A stretch of 64,000 nt of DNA from NCBI GenBank assembly GCA_041662245.1, contig JBAZSW010000006.1, positions 10,442 through 74,441 of the forward strand. The letters run 5' to 3'. Within the stretch, counting starts at the first letter, position 1. Every line of letters begins with the position of its first letter. This document shows, one piece after another, positions 48,641 through 58,222 of the stretch. The notes below the pieces were generated by a model. The model searched no databases. It saw nothing but the letters and a program-made list of their open reading frames with translations, and was not told the origin of the DNA. The stretch is from Parcubacteria group bacterium (GTDB taxonomy: Bacteria > Patescibacteriota > Minisyncoccia > Moranbacterales > UBA9337). The position numbers were made by a program, and so were the translations under genes.

Positions 48641-49183
48641 CTACTTTAATAATTCTTCAATCTGTTTTTCTAGCTCTTCCAACGTGCCGTTGTTATCTAA
48701 AATTACATCTGCCTGTTCTCTTAGTCCTGCAATAGTTAGCTCTGCCTCTCTTTGTGCATCAAATTTGAAATCTTTTAAAGTTTTATTTTTATCATCAGAG
48801 TTTTCCTCTCGCTTGACTATTCGCTCATATCGTTTTTCCAAGCTGACATCCACAAAAACTAATTTAAAATCAGGATTTTTTTTCAAAAACTCGATATCTT
48901 CCACCCTCCTGATACCATCAATAACGACAATTTTATTTTTATCTTCTTTTGTGTCCCCTGCCATCACCTTAGCTAGAATATTTTCCCCGTAAGTATTCCG
49001 AAGCATAGAAGACGCTTGTTGCAATGTCTCTCGAGAATGCTTTATATGCAATCTGTCTAAAATATCCCGAAGCATCGTCGAAAAACGATGATTTGAAGCT
49101 CCATATTTTTCAGTCAAATATTTCACAACTGTGCCTTTGCCGCTAGCTATTTCACCTACTAAACCTATTATTATTTTTTCCAT
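48641..49183 (-). CDS. Nucleotide kinase-like protein (dephospho-CoA/dNMP kinase family)
   Basis: GEIASGKGT, IDGIR. Confidence 0.8.
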   Translation of the reverse strand: MEKIIIGLVGEIASGKGTVVKYLTEKYGASNHRFSTMLRDILDRLHIKHSRETLQQASSMLRNTYGENILAKVMAGDTKEDKNKIVVIDGIRRVEDIEFLKKNPDFKLVFVDVSLEKRYERIVKREENSDDKNKTLKDFKFDAQREAELTIAGLREQADVILDNNGTLEELEKQIEELLK

Positions 49184-49237
49184 AATATTATTATTTACAA
49201 AAAAGAAGCTCCTAAAAGCCTCTTTTCTTTTGTAATA

Positions 49238-49804
49238 TTATCTTTTTTTAATTTCTTCCATCACCTTATCCGCTTCAGCCAACAAGTGTGCTAAGTCTTT
49301 ATCATTTTCAATCACAAAATCCGCCTTGGCTCCCATCTCAGGAACATACTTTTCAGTTTCCATAGTTTGCTCTGTTTCTATGAATTTTTCAAAACTCATC
49401 GCATCATCACTTTTTTCTCCACGGTTAATCGTTCTTTCCCAACGAATTTTTTGGGGCACATCTATATAAAGAATGTAACTATCCGTATAAGATTTTACAA
49501 AATGAAAATCCTCCCAAAAACGCACTCCATTTACCATAATAATTCCTTCTCCGTTATCAATTCTTTTTCGAAGCGCGCGGCTCAAAATATCATCTCCAAA
49601 TCTATTTCTAAATTGTACCGCTAGCCAAGACTGGTCTTCTTTAGAAAATTTATCAAAATAAATCGCCAATGTTTCTTTTAAAGGGTCAGCAAAACGCATC
49701 TTTTGTACGCCATGCTTTTCTTCTAAGTAATTGGCCACTGTGTCCTTTCCTGATCCGGTTGCCCCCACAAGTCCAATTACAATTCTCTTTTTTTCCTTTG
49801 TCAT
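49238..49804 (-). CDS. Nucleotide kinase-like protein (paralogue)
   Basis: GATGSGKDT, RFADPLK, NGVRF. Confidence 0.8.
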   Translation of the reverse strand: MTKEKKRIVIGLVGATGSGKDTVANYLEEKHGVQKMRFADPLKETLAIYFDKFSKEDQSWLAVQFRNRFGDDILSRALRKRIDNGEGIIMVNGVRFWEDFHFVKSYTDSYILYIDVPQKIRWERTINRGEKSDDAMSFEKFIETEQTMETEKYVPEMGAKADFVIENDKDLAHLLAEADKVMEEIKKR

Positions 49805-49979
49805 TTTGTTAAAGTTTTTTAAATCAATTAGATTCTTTAAAATAAAACACGCCTTAAACCATCCCCTGATTCAACAACATTATTAATTTTATAAAAAATA
49901 TCCAGATAAGTCAATGGCTCATAGATATCAAATAAAATATAAAAGAGTATTAAACTCAATCACCTACATAAAAAGTCTA

Positions 49980-50573
49980 CTATCTATAAGCAATTATATC
50001 GAATGTTTTTATAGCTGAATTGTAAGGAACATACTTACTTTTTTTATCTCCTTCAACAATATCAATATTTTTAAAACCACACGCCAACAATACAGCATTG
50101 ATATCTTCAATTTTATGAATATATTTATCAACTTGTATGTCTTTTCTTTCAAAAATTCCTCCTGACATATTATAGCTAGAAACAAATATCCCTCCCTCAT
50201 TCAAAGACTCAAATATTTGATCAATCATTTTATGTAATTCATTTTTATTAAGATATTGAAAAAGTCTTGTGGCAATCACTATATTATATTTATTTCCCTC
50301 AAAATAATCGGTAACTGATTTTTTTATAAAAGAAATATTTTCTTGAATCTCACCTTCTAGATGAGACATAAAATCAAGATCAGCAATATCAATCGCGTCA
50401 ACATGAAATCCTTTTTTGGCAAGATATATTGAATTCCTACCATTACCACATCCCAAATCAAGCACTTTCGATTTGATAGGGATATCCCCAGCTATCTTTT
50501 TGACAATTTTACTTGGATTTATCGTGTTAATTGAAAATTTTTTCTGCTGGTATGCTTTTTCCCATTTATGCAT
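49980..50573 (-). CDS. Class I SAM methyltransferase (TehB-like)
   Basis: VLDLGCGNGRNSIYLA. Confidence 0.88.
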   Translation of the reverse strand: MHKWEKAYQQKKFSINTINPSKIVKKIAGDIPIKSKVLDLGCGNGRNSIYLAKKGFHVDAIDIADLDFMSHLEGEIQENISFIKKSVTDYFEGNKYNIVIATRLFQYLNKNELHKMIDQIFESLNEGGIFVSSYNMSGGIFERKDIQVDKYIHKIEDINAVLLACGFKNIDIVEGDKKSKYVPYNSAIKTFDIIAYR

Positions 50574-50625
50574 ATAAACTATTAATAATTATATTTGTAT
50601 ATTATTCATCAATTCAATTTTTTAA

Positions 50626-53600
50626 CTACAATTTTCCTCCCGAAATATCGAAAAATCTCTCAAAGAAACTTGTTAACCTATTCAAGACACTTTCTCGTTT
50701 TTGTGTTCGTTCACCACTTGGAGAGAATCGAGATACTGGTGGCAATACCTTTGTAATTGCAGTACCAGTTGTCGCAATATTTCCGTCCCGAAAAGCATTT
50801 TTTATAAACTTATATGTCGCTTCCCTATCAAGATTTTCGTTTTCAATAATTCTGTCTAATTCCTCAATTTTCCTTTCTTCAACAAATTTTTGCCAATCTT
50901 CATCTACAATTGAATGAACATCGAGTGAGGTGATAAACTGATTAATAAGATCTTTTTTATTACGAAGTTCAACACTGGAATCAATCGCTTTATTAATATC
51001 AACCAATAACTCTTTGTTTTTAGCATGATCCTCATGGTACTTTTTAATCAGCCCCAAAACAAAATCAATATTAATCTCAACTTGCTTAATAAGCTCCATT
51101 TCAAAAACCACATCATCATTAACGTTTTCTTTTTCCCCTTCTACGCCTTTGCGAAATTCATTATACAAATCAATATACATACTGTGATAATCCTGCACAT
51201 CACGCTCGGTTAAAATCTCATTGCCAATAAATTCGTCAAAAGTTGTCAAAATATTACGCACACGCAAAACCGCTCCATATAATTTGATAAAGTCTTTTTG
51301 ATCCTGTTCCCCCACAATCCTCTTTCCTGCAGGAAATTTCTCCAAAAGCTCCGCGATCAAACTTTTATACCCTCGCACTTCCTTATCATCACCTGCCTTG
51401 TCGGCAGACAGGTCCATGTAGCCGTTGTAATAATCCTCATAAGCCTTAAGGAGCACGATTCCGCAAGCTTCTTTATCTCCAAAAAGCGCGATAGATTCAT
51501 TGGTCGCTTTTTCTAAATTACGAAAACAAACAATATTTCCAAAAGTTTTTACACTATTCAAAATACGATTGGTTCTAGAAAATGCTTGAAGCAAACCATG
51601 CAAACGTAAATTTTTATCGACCCAAAGAGTGTTTAGAGTTGTCGCGTCAAATCCGGTCAAAAACATATTTACTACAATCAAAATATCTACTTCTCTTTTT
51701 TTAACTCTCTCACTAACATCTTTATAATAATTTTGAAATTTATCTGATGACGTGTCATAAGAAGTTCCAAACATTTTGTTGTAATCAATAATGGCACTTT
51801 CAAGAAAATCACGCGAGCTGATATCAAGTCCGCTGGTGTCCTCGGAATTTTCATCAATCATGCCATCCGAGTCTTCATCATTGACTCCGAAACTGAAAAT
51901 TGTTGCTACTTTTAATCTTTTATCACTTGGTTCATTAGCTAATTGTTTTTTAAACTCAAGATAATATTTTTTTGCCACGTCAATAGACGCAACGGCAAAA
52001 ATTGAGTTGAAGCCCGCTAGTCTCCTGTCCTTAATTTTATAAAAACTATTTCGCTTTGTTTTTTGATCAAAGTGCTCACGAATATACTTTACGATATTTT
52101 CCAGTCGCTCTGGCGCAGACAAAATGGCCTCGCGATCGATATCTCTCACTTTTTCATCTTTAATATTCTCGGCTTCATGAACTGTTGAAACATAGTCAAC
52201 TTTAAATGGCAAAACATTTTTATCCGCAATTGCATCCACAATTGTATAAGTGTGCAATTTTTCACCAAAAGCCTGCTCGGTAGTTTTGAAATCAACTCGC
52301 CCACCAGATGAAGAATTTAGGGCAAAAATAGGCGTCCCGGTAAAGCCGAATAAATGATAATTTTTAAAAGCTTTTACAATACTGGCATGCATATCTCCAA
52401 ATTGGCTGCGATGACATTCGTCAAAAATGATAACCATATGCCCATCAAATATTTCATGCTTGCTATTTTTCCCGATAAATTTATCCAGCTTCTGAATAGT
52501 TGTAACAATTATTCTTGAATTTGAATTTTCTAATTGTTTTTTTAAAATAGCGGTACTGGTATTACTATTGGCGGCGCCTTTTTCAAATTTGTCATATTCT
52601 AACATTGTTTGATAATCCAAATCTTTGCGATCAACCACAAATAATACTTTATCGACATATGGCAATTTGCTTGCCAATTGTGCCGTCTTAAAACTAGTTA
52701 AAGTTTTCCCCGATCCAGTGGTATGCCAAATATATCCGCCAGCTTCTAACGTTCCAAGTTTTTTGTAATTAGTACTGATTTCGATCTTGTTTAAAATTTT
52801 CTCAGTGGCGACAATTTGATAGGGTCGCATAGCCAGCAAAAGTCTATCTGTGGTAAAGACGCAATATTTTGTCAAAATATTTAAAATCGTATGCTTGGCA
52901 AAAAATGTCTTGGCAAAATCCATGAGATCAGTAATCGGTCGATTGGTCGCATCCGCCCACCAACTGGTAAATTCAAAACTATTGCTCGTTTTTTTACCTT
53001 TCTTAATCTTACCTTCAGTTGAATCTTTGATGTGCTGGAATCTGGTTGTATTGCTGTAATATTTTGTATGAGTTCCATTGGAAATAACAAACAATTGCAC
53101 ATATTCGAAAAGTCCGCTCGATGCCCAAAAGCTTTCTCGTTGATACCGATTAATTTGATTAAAAGCTTCAGCGATCGCAACACCACGGCGTTTCAGCTCA
53201 ATATGAACCAATGGCAGTCCGTTTACCAACACCGTCACATCATAACGATTAGCGCGCTGTCCTTCCTCAGTAGCATATTGATTAATAACTTGCAGACTAT
53301 TGTTGTGAATATTTTTCTTGTCGATGAGATCAATATTTTTAAAAGTCCCGTCATCTCGGTCTAATATTTTTGTGCTGTCTTCTTGAATAGTGGCTGTTTT
53401 TTCTTCGATGTTTTGATTGGGATTGGCAATAGTACTGACAAAAAACTTTTCCCATTCAGTATCTGAAAAAGTAAAATTGTTTAGTTTTTCTAGTTGCTGC
53501 CTTAAATTAAGCACCAATTCATCCTCAGAGGTGATGCGCAAATATTCATAAGCTTGAGTTTCCAATTGCTTGATAAAAGCGCGTTCAAGATCGGCTTCGC

Positions 53601-53694
53601 TTTGGTAATTTGCGTCACGCAAAAGATCGCCGTTTGGAATGTACAGACCAACCACGGTACTTTCAGGATTTTGCGCGACTAAATTATATTTCAT
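50626..53694 (-). CDS. hsdR: Type I restriction subunit R (EcoR124I-like)
   Basis: RYD...ELK, WHTTGSGKT, DECH, FTGTP, MFLTGFD, QAFSRTNR. Confidence 0.97.
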   Translation of the reverse strand: MKYNLVAQNPESTVVGLYIPNGDLLRDANYQSEADLERAFIKQLETQAYEYLRITSEDELVLNLRQQLEKLNNFTFSDTEWEKFFVSTIANPNQNIEEKTATIQEDSTKILDRDDGTFKNIDLIDKKNIHNNSLQVINQYATEEGQRANRYDVTVLVNGLPLVHIELKRRGVAIAEAFNQINRYQRESFWASSGLFEYVQLFVISNGTHTKYYSNTTRFQHIKDSTEGKIKKGKKTSNSFEFTSWWADATNRPITDLMDFAKTFFAKHTILNILTKYCVFTTDRLLLAMRPYQIVATEKILNKIEISTNYKKLGTLEAGGYIWHTTGSGKTLTSFKTAQLASKLPYVDKVLFVVDRKDLDYQTMLEYDKFEKGAANSNTSTAILKKQLENSNSRIIVTTIQKLDKFIGKNSKHEIFDGHMVIIFDECHRSQFGDMHASIVKAFKNYHLFGFTGTPIFALNSSSGGRVDFKTTEQAFGEKLHTYTIVDAIADKNVLPFKVDYVSTVHEAENIKDEKVRDIDREAILSAPERLENIVKYIREHFDQKTKRNSFYKIKDRRLAGFNSIFAVASIDVAKKYYLEFKKQLANEPSDKRLKVATIFSFGVNDEDSDGMIDENSEDTSGLDISSRDFLESAIIDYNKMFGTSYDTSSDKFQNYYKDVSERVKKREVDILIVVNMFLTGFDATTLNTLWVDKNLRLHGLLQAFSRTNRILNSVKTFGNIVCFRNLEKATNESIALFGDKEACGIVLLKAYEDYYNGYMDLSADKAGDDKEVRGYKSLIAELLEKFPAGKRIVGEQDQKDFIKLYGAVLRVRNILTTFDEFIGNEILTERDVQDYHSMYIDLYNEFRKGVEGEKENVNDDVVFEMELIKQVEINIDFVLGLIKKYHEDHAKNKELLVDINKAIDSSVELRNKKDLINQFITSLDVHSIVDEDWQKFVEERKIEELDRIIENENLDREATYKFIKNAFRDGNIATTGTAITKVLPPVSRFSPSGERTQKRESVLNRLTSFFERFFDISGGKL
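51392..51412. repeat. 21-bp palindromic in-frame insert in hsdR
   Basis: CCTGCCTTGTCGGCAGACAGG, encodes LSADKAG. Confidence 0.7.
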
Positions 53695-53699
53695 ATTTT

Positions 53700-54545
53700 T
53701 TATTTCTTAGTTGGTTTATTTTTTTTCGAAAGTAACACTTTTCTAGCGTTTAAAGAGCTGATTACTTTTTTGCCTGTTTCAGCTTCTAATTTCATACGAG
53801 CCTCCTTGGCGATATTGCCTCCGCGCTGTGCGACAACTCCATGCTCTTGAAACGATTTTGGATTTGATACCTCTGATATTTCCTTGGTAGATAGTTCAGC
53901 TAACATATTCAAGATTAATTCCTTGTTGGTCATATTATCTCGAAGATTTTCTTTTTTTAAATCTTTAAACTTTTTATATTCTTTGGCTGTTTTTCCTGCC
54001 CAGGTTTTATAAATAATATCAGTAAGTGTTGCAAATTCCAAGCCTTCTTTTAGTCCGTATTTTTTCCATTCATCGGTGAGTTCTTTGCGAATCTCAATAC
54101 TTTTAAGTCTTTGATTGATCCAATTTTCTGAATATCCAAGATTTTTATAATCCCACATAGCTTGCTCAATAGAAAGTTCCGGATCTTGCATTTGATCAAG
54201 ACGTTTTTTAGCGACTTCCGCTAACCACAATTTAAAAGGTTCCGCTTTTTTGGAAGGGATTGATTGAATAATACGCAAAATCTGTTCAGTATCAACGACA
54301 TCGGTCAGTCTCATTTTTCCGTCAGGAGTTCTCAATTTCAACTGGTTAGTTATACTAACCACTTCACTTCCCTCCTCCTTTAACCTATTTTTAAGCCATT
54401 TCCAATAATTGCGTGTTTTTTTGTAGTCCGATTGATCGGTAAGAATGGCGATAATATCCAAAACGGAAAACCACCATTTTTCGGCGTGCTCATCCCAAAC
54501 CGTACGAACTTGTTTTTTTTCAAAAAGTTGGATAGCGTTTTTCAT
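53700..54545 (-). CDS. Bro-N domain protein (antirepressor-like)
   Basis: VRTVWD...WWFSVLDII..LT...YWKWLK..L...QLKL...DGKMRLTD...IQSIPSKKAEPFKLWLA. Confidence 0.85.
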   Translation of the reverse strand: MKNAIQLFEKKQVRTVWDEHAEKWWFSVLDIIAILTDQSDYKKTRNYWKWLKNRLKEEGSEVVSITNQLKLRTPDGKMRLTDVVDTEQILRIIQSIPSKKAEPFKLWLAEVAKKRLDQMQDPELSIEQAMWDYKNLGYSENWINQRLKSIEIRKELTDEWKKYGLKEGLEFATLTDIIYKTWAGKTAKEYKKFKDLKKENLRDNMTNKELILNMLAELSTKEISEVSNPKSFQEHGVVAQRGGNIAKEARMKLEAETGKKVISSLNARKVLLSKKNKPTKK

Positions 54546-54563
54546 AAAAAATAAAGTTAATAA

Positions 54564-54650
54564 TTAATTGAGGCGAATTCGCCATAATTAAACATTTTCT
54601 ACACGCATCAAATCCGATGGGTTTAAAGTGGTCAAATTCGACCACTTAAC
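54564..54650. repeat. Three tandem ~28-bp palindromes centred on (G)AATT(C)
   Basis: TTAATTgaGGCGAATTCGCCatAATTAA; a degenerate CATCaAATcCGATG unit; AAGTGGTCaAATTCGACCACTT. Confidence 0.75.
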
Positions 54651-55765
54651 GGCTTAAATGTCAAAAGCTTCCCCCGGTAATATTCATATTGCGATCTTCG
54701 AGCTTTGAGCTCGGCAGGAAGACCGATTGAAATGTCGTTTACCAAAGCATCAAATTTATCAAGAATTGAAACGATGCGTTTTTGTTCTTCAAGAGAATAT
54801 TTTGGGATTGGAATTTTATTAAGATTTGCTTGATTAAGTTTTGGTTGAGCAGCCCCGCTAATGTATGGAGTTAAATCAATTGAATTCAAATAAAACTCAA
54901 TGAACCTTCGTTCCTCATAAGTTTCAAATTCTAACACATGGGCATGATTATTAATCCAGCTCTTCCCACTTACTGAAAAAGCAATTGGTGTAGATCTGGC
55001 TAGTAAATTAGCTCCGTCTTCAGAAACTAAAAGATAATCACCATCAAATATATAATCTTCAACATAATCGACTATTCCTGAAGCCCCATAATAAGGGATC
55101 TCTCCTTTTGTTCGCACCCCTCTTGTGACTGGCTTTCTTTTTGAATCAAGGTTTAGAGAAATTTTATCAAGAGTTGTAAACTCTAAGTCATCTGAATTTA
55201 AAAGTTTGTCTCTATAATACTCGTATTGCCTCTTTCTCGCTTCTAATTCTGCTTCTAATTCTGCTTCTAGCTCTGTAAAACTATTAAGAATTTTAACAAT
55301 TTCTTTTTGGATGGCAAGGGGCGGGATGGGGATTTTTATTTTTTTTAAAAAACTAAAATGCCTTGTGTATTTACCAGTTTTTAAATAAAAATTATTTAAA
55401 GCATAGTAAAAATATTTTATATCTAATACGCTTTGATTTGTTTTAAGAATCTTAATACCATCTGCACCTTGAGCAAAAGAAAAATCAATATATTTTATTG
55501 CTTCAGTATGGTCTCCAAATATAACGTATGAATCTTTAACAATGACTGCGGCATTATCATCAGTATAGCCAACAATGAAATCTTGCCCTTGATCTATAAT
55601 AGGAAATTCACCTGTTGTTTTGTAATATTTTTTTGTAAGCTTTTTAGGGGGAATGCAGGTTTTTACAACTTTATCTTCAAGTAAAATATCAATATCAAAA
55701 AACTTCACACCATTAGGGCATAGTTCAGCAATTAGTTTTTCGATTTTATTTTGTACCTCTAGCAT
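54632..55765 (-). CDS. hsdS: Type I specificity subunit S (type IC)
   Basis: ELCPNGV, IPIPPL.IQ.EIV, ELEAELEAELEARKRQYEYYR, GLPAEL. Confidence 0.95.
   Translation of the reverse strand: MLEVQNKIEKLIAELCPNGVKFFDIDILLEDKVVKTCIPPKKLTKKYYKTTGEFPIIDQGQDFIVGYTDDNAAVIVKDSYVIFGDHTEAIKYIDFSFAQGADGIKILKTNQSVLDIKYFYYALNNFYLKTGKYTRHFSFLKKIKIPIPPLAIQKEIVKILNSFTELEAELEAELEARKRQYEYYRDKLLNSDDLEFTTLDKISLNLDSKRKPVTRGVRTKGEIPYYGASGIVDYVEDYIFDGDYLLVSEDGANLLARSTPIAFSVSGKSWINNHAHVLEFETYEERRFIEFYLNSIDLTPYISGAAQPKLNQANLNKIPIPKYSLEEQKRIVSILDKFDALVNDISIGLPAELKARRSQYEYYRGKLLTFKPLSGRI
55239..55274. repeat. Three 12-bp tandem repeats in the hsdS spacer
   Basis: GCTTCTAATTCT x2 plus GCTTCTAGCTCT. Confidence 0.9.
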
Positions 55766-55773
55766 AATAATAT

Positions 55774-56778
55774 TTATGTGACATCAAATAAAGATTTTTG
55801 ATTAATATTTTTTTCCTCTCTTTTCTTTGTATCTTTTTTTATAGCTAAATCTTTTTTATGTTGAACCAAATTATCATTATGAGAAACAACCTTCTTTACA
55901 TATAGATTAGGTTTCCCAAATTTTCCACTAGTATAATTATAATAAAGACTGATATCAAAAACTACTCCAATATTATCGCCACTTGTAAATGAAATCTCTT
56001 GGTCTAGAATTTGCTTTTTATACTCATCATCTTGCATATAAAAAAATACATTCTCTCCATCTTCTACTAGTAATTTTCCATCGTTATCAAGAATATCACC
56101 TCCATAATATATTCCTTTCCATGCCGCACCCCTTCCATATTGTTGTTGTTTATCAATAAACGGCTGCGATAATTGTATATGACCAGATAAATCCGTCCTT
56201 AAAAATTCTTTTTCCTTGGGAAAATCCTCTATATATAAAGCAAAATCACTTCTATAAATCTCTTTTTCAAAACTATTTTTATCTTCTTTAACAACTGTCT
56301 TTATGCTGGTGACATTACTATCTGAAATTACAGATTCATAAAATTTGTTTTTCTGTTTCTTGGGAAAATATGAATCACATATATCACTCACAGTCTGGAT
56401 TTTTTCATCATCTAAGCCAAGCTCTTTACATTTTTCTACGATCTCTAATATATTAAGATCAGAAGTTGTATTATTCAATCTTATTTGACTACCAAATAAT
56501 AATGCTGGGATCAAAACACCCACGACTGAAATAACCCCTTGGTTATTATTCAAAAATTTAATAATCTTCCAATCCCCATAGGATCCATCTTGTGGTGGCA
56601 AAGATAAAATCTCAAATTTTTCATTAGGATATAATGTCCTTATTACATAAGAAATTATTTTTACCTGAGCCAAGGAACATGCATTTTTTGTGTAAAAATT
56701 AATCGAATGAACATCATTATTAAAAAAATTATAATGCAATTTAATAACTATTTCATTTTTGGATAAATTAATTTTCAT
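55774..56778 (-). CDS. Hypothetical protein nested in the RM/Thoeris locus
   Basis: 334 aa, AT-rich, 8-10 bp gaps to both neighbours. Confidence 0.8.
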   Translation of the reverse strand: MKINLSKNEIVIKLHYNFFNNDVHSINFYTKNACSLAQVKIISYVIRTLYPNEKFEILSLPPQDGSYGDWKIIKFLNNNQGVISVVGVLIPALLFGSQIRLNNTTSDLNILEIVEKCKELGLDDEKIQTVSDICDSYFPKKQKNKFYESVISDSNVTSIKTVVKEDKNSFEKEIYRSDFALYIEDFPKEKEFLRTDLSGHIQLSQPFIDKQQQYGRGAAWKGIYYGGDILDNDGKLLVEDGENVFFYMQDDEYKKQILDQEISFTSGDNIGVVFDISLYYNYTSGKFGKPNLYVKKVVSHNDNLVQHKKDLAIKKDTKKREEKNINQKSLFDVT

Positions 56779-56788
56779 ATTATCATAA

Positions 56789-57676
56789 TTAATTTAACGG
56801 TTTTGAAGTAGCGTCTTTTTCAGGAATACTCATATCAACTTCGTCAGCAATGAAGTGATTGCATACATATCTGAGATATTCAAAAACTTCCTCTAGCTTT
56901 ATTATTCCGTTATCAATATAAATTTCAGGGATACTTACAATTAACTTATTGCAAATATTAAGCTTTTGAGAGGACTTTATGTAGCTATAAATTATTTTTT
57001 TCAAAATGTCTTTTTTCTGCTCTGGCGTTCTCCCGTGTCCTGCATTAATAATGGGAATAGTTACAACATCATTTCTACAAGAATCATTCGCAATATAATC
57101 CCATAAACTAATGAGTGACTTTTGCAAATCACCATCTTCAGATTTAACACGATTATTTTCTTGCTTACGAGTATTAACAAGCAAATAAAATAACTTATAA
57201 TTTTTCTCCACCTCAACAACTGTTCCTATTTCATGTTCAATATTAGTTTTGTGTGTTTTATTTATGTCTAAATCTAAGTGCTCAGATTTATTGTCGTAGT
57301 AATCCACAATTAGTCGATTTTGCAGACTACCCGCTTTTGCAACATTTCCATTTAAGGAAACATCCAAATAATTATTAAATGGGATAACTAAAGCACCTTT
57401 ATTATCAAAAGCATCTCCTACTTTTAATTCTACGAAATTATCTCTATCTTTTATCTTCTCTGTTCTTGAACTTACCGGTCTATTTAACCAAAATGAAAGG
57501 GTAGCAAAAATTGATAAAGAAAAAATGTAAACAAATGCATTTTTAAAATAAAAATCACTCTTATTATCTGTGAAATAGCTTGTTACTTCAACCAATAACC
57601 AAAAAACAGTTAACAGACTTATTAATGTTGTTCCAATTTCGTTTAACCTATTCTTTTTTAGCCATCTTTTTATCAT
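56789..57676 (-). CDS. thsA: Thoeris type II effector (2 TM plus Macro domain)
   Basis: Two N-terminal TMs; ELKVGDAF, LVIPFN, IGTVV, LWDYI, IPIINAG Macro-like motifs; ATGA-coupled to the TIR gene. Confidence 0.8.
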   Translation of the reverse strand: MIKRWLKKNRLNEIGTTLISLLTVFWLLVEVTSYFTDNKSDFYFKNAFVYIFSLSIFATLSFWLNRPVSSRTEKIKDRDNFVELKVGDAFDNKGALVIPFNNYLDVSLNGNVAKAGSLQNRLIVDYYDNKSEHLDLDINKTHKTNIEHEIGTVVEVEKNYKLFYLLVNTRKQENNRVKSEDGDLQKSLISLWDYIANDSCRNDVVTIPIINAGHGRTPEQKKDILKKIIYSYIKSSQKLNICNKLIVSIPEIYIDNGIIKLEEVFEYLRYVCNHFIADEVDMSIPEKDATSKPLN

Positions 57677-58179
57677 ATTCCTAATTGATTATAGATTTCA
57701 TCTTTATAATAGTAGTCTGTTTTACTTCCTTGTTTTTTAAAATTTTCATGCAAATTGGGCCACTCGCTTATAGCTTTAGCTATAATTGCTTTATTAAAGC
57801 TCACGTGGAGAGATAATTCATTATTCAAAATTGAGGGGCAAAGATTTGAATCTTTGTATCTTAAATTATTTAAATTTACGACAATTATTGGTATTTCTCT
57901 GCTCGAAGCTTGCTCTATTTCCCAACGAACAAACTTATATAGAGACTTTGTGCTATTTCCGACTAATAAGATGAAAACTTTTGTGTTATTTAATCGTTCT
58001 CTAAGTTTTGATTTTATTGTTTCTTCGGAGGAGAAAGACATAAGATTATTTAAATCATGTGCATCAAAAAAATTGAAGGAAGATCCATCAGTTTTTTTCC
58101 ATGCCTGCATTAAGCGATAGTATCTAATATCATTGTCTGCATCAAATGCGACGTAAGTTTTATTTGTGTAAGTATTCAT
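57673..58179 (-). CDS. thsB: Thoeris TIR-domain protein
   Basis: YVAFDAD, DAHD, LRERL, FVRWEIE (catalytic Glu), PIIVVN. Confidence 0.88.
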   Translation of the reverse strand: MNTYTNKTYVAFDADNDIRYYRLMQAWKKTDGSSFNFFDAHDLNNLMSFSSEETIKSKLRERLNNTKVFILLVGNSTKSLYKFVRWEIEQASSREIPIIVVNLNNLRYKDSNLCPSILNNELSLHVSFNKAIIAKAISEWPNLHENFKKQGSKTDYYYKDEIYNQLGI

Positions 58180-58222
58180 ATATCTATTTTATTAATTCTT
58201 TTAATAAATTTGTGATTCTATT

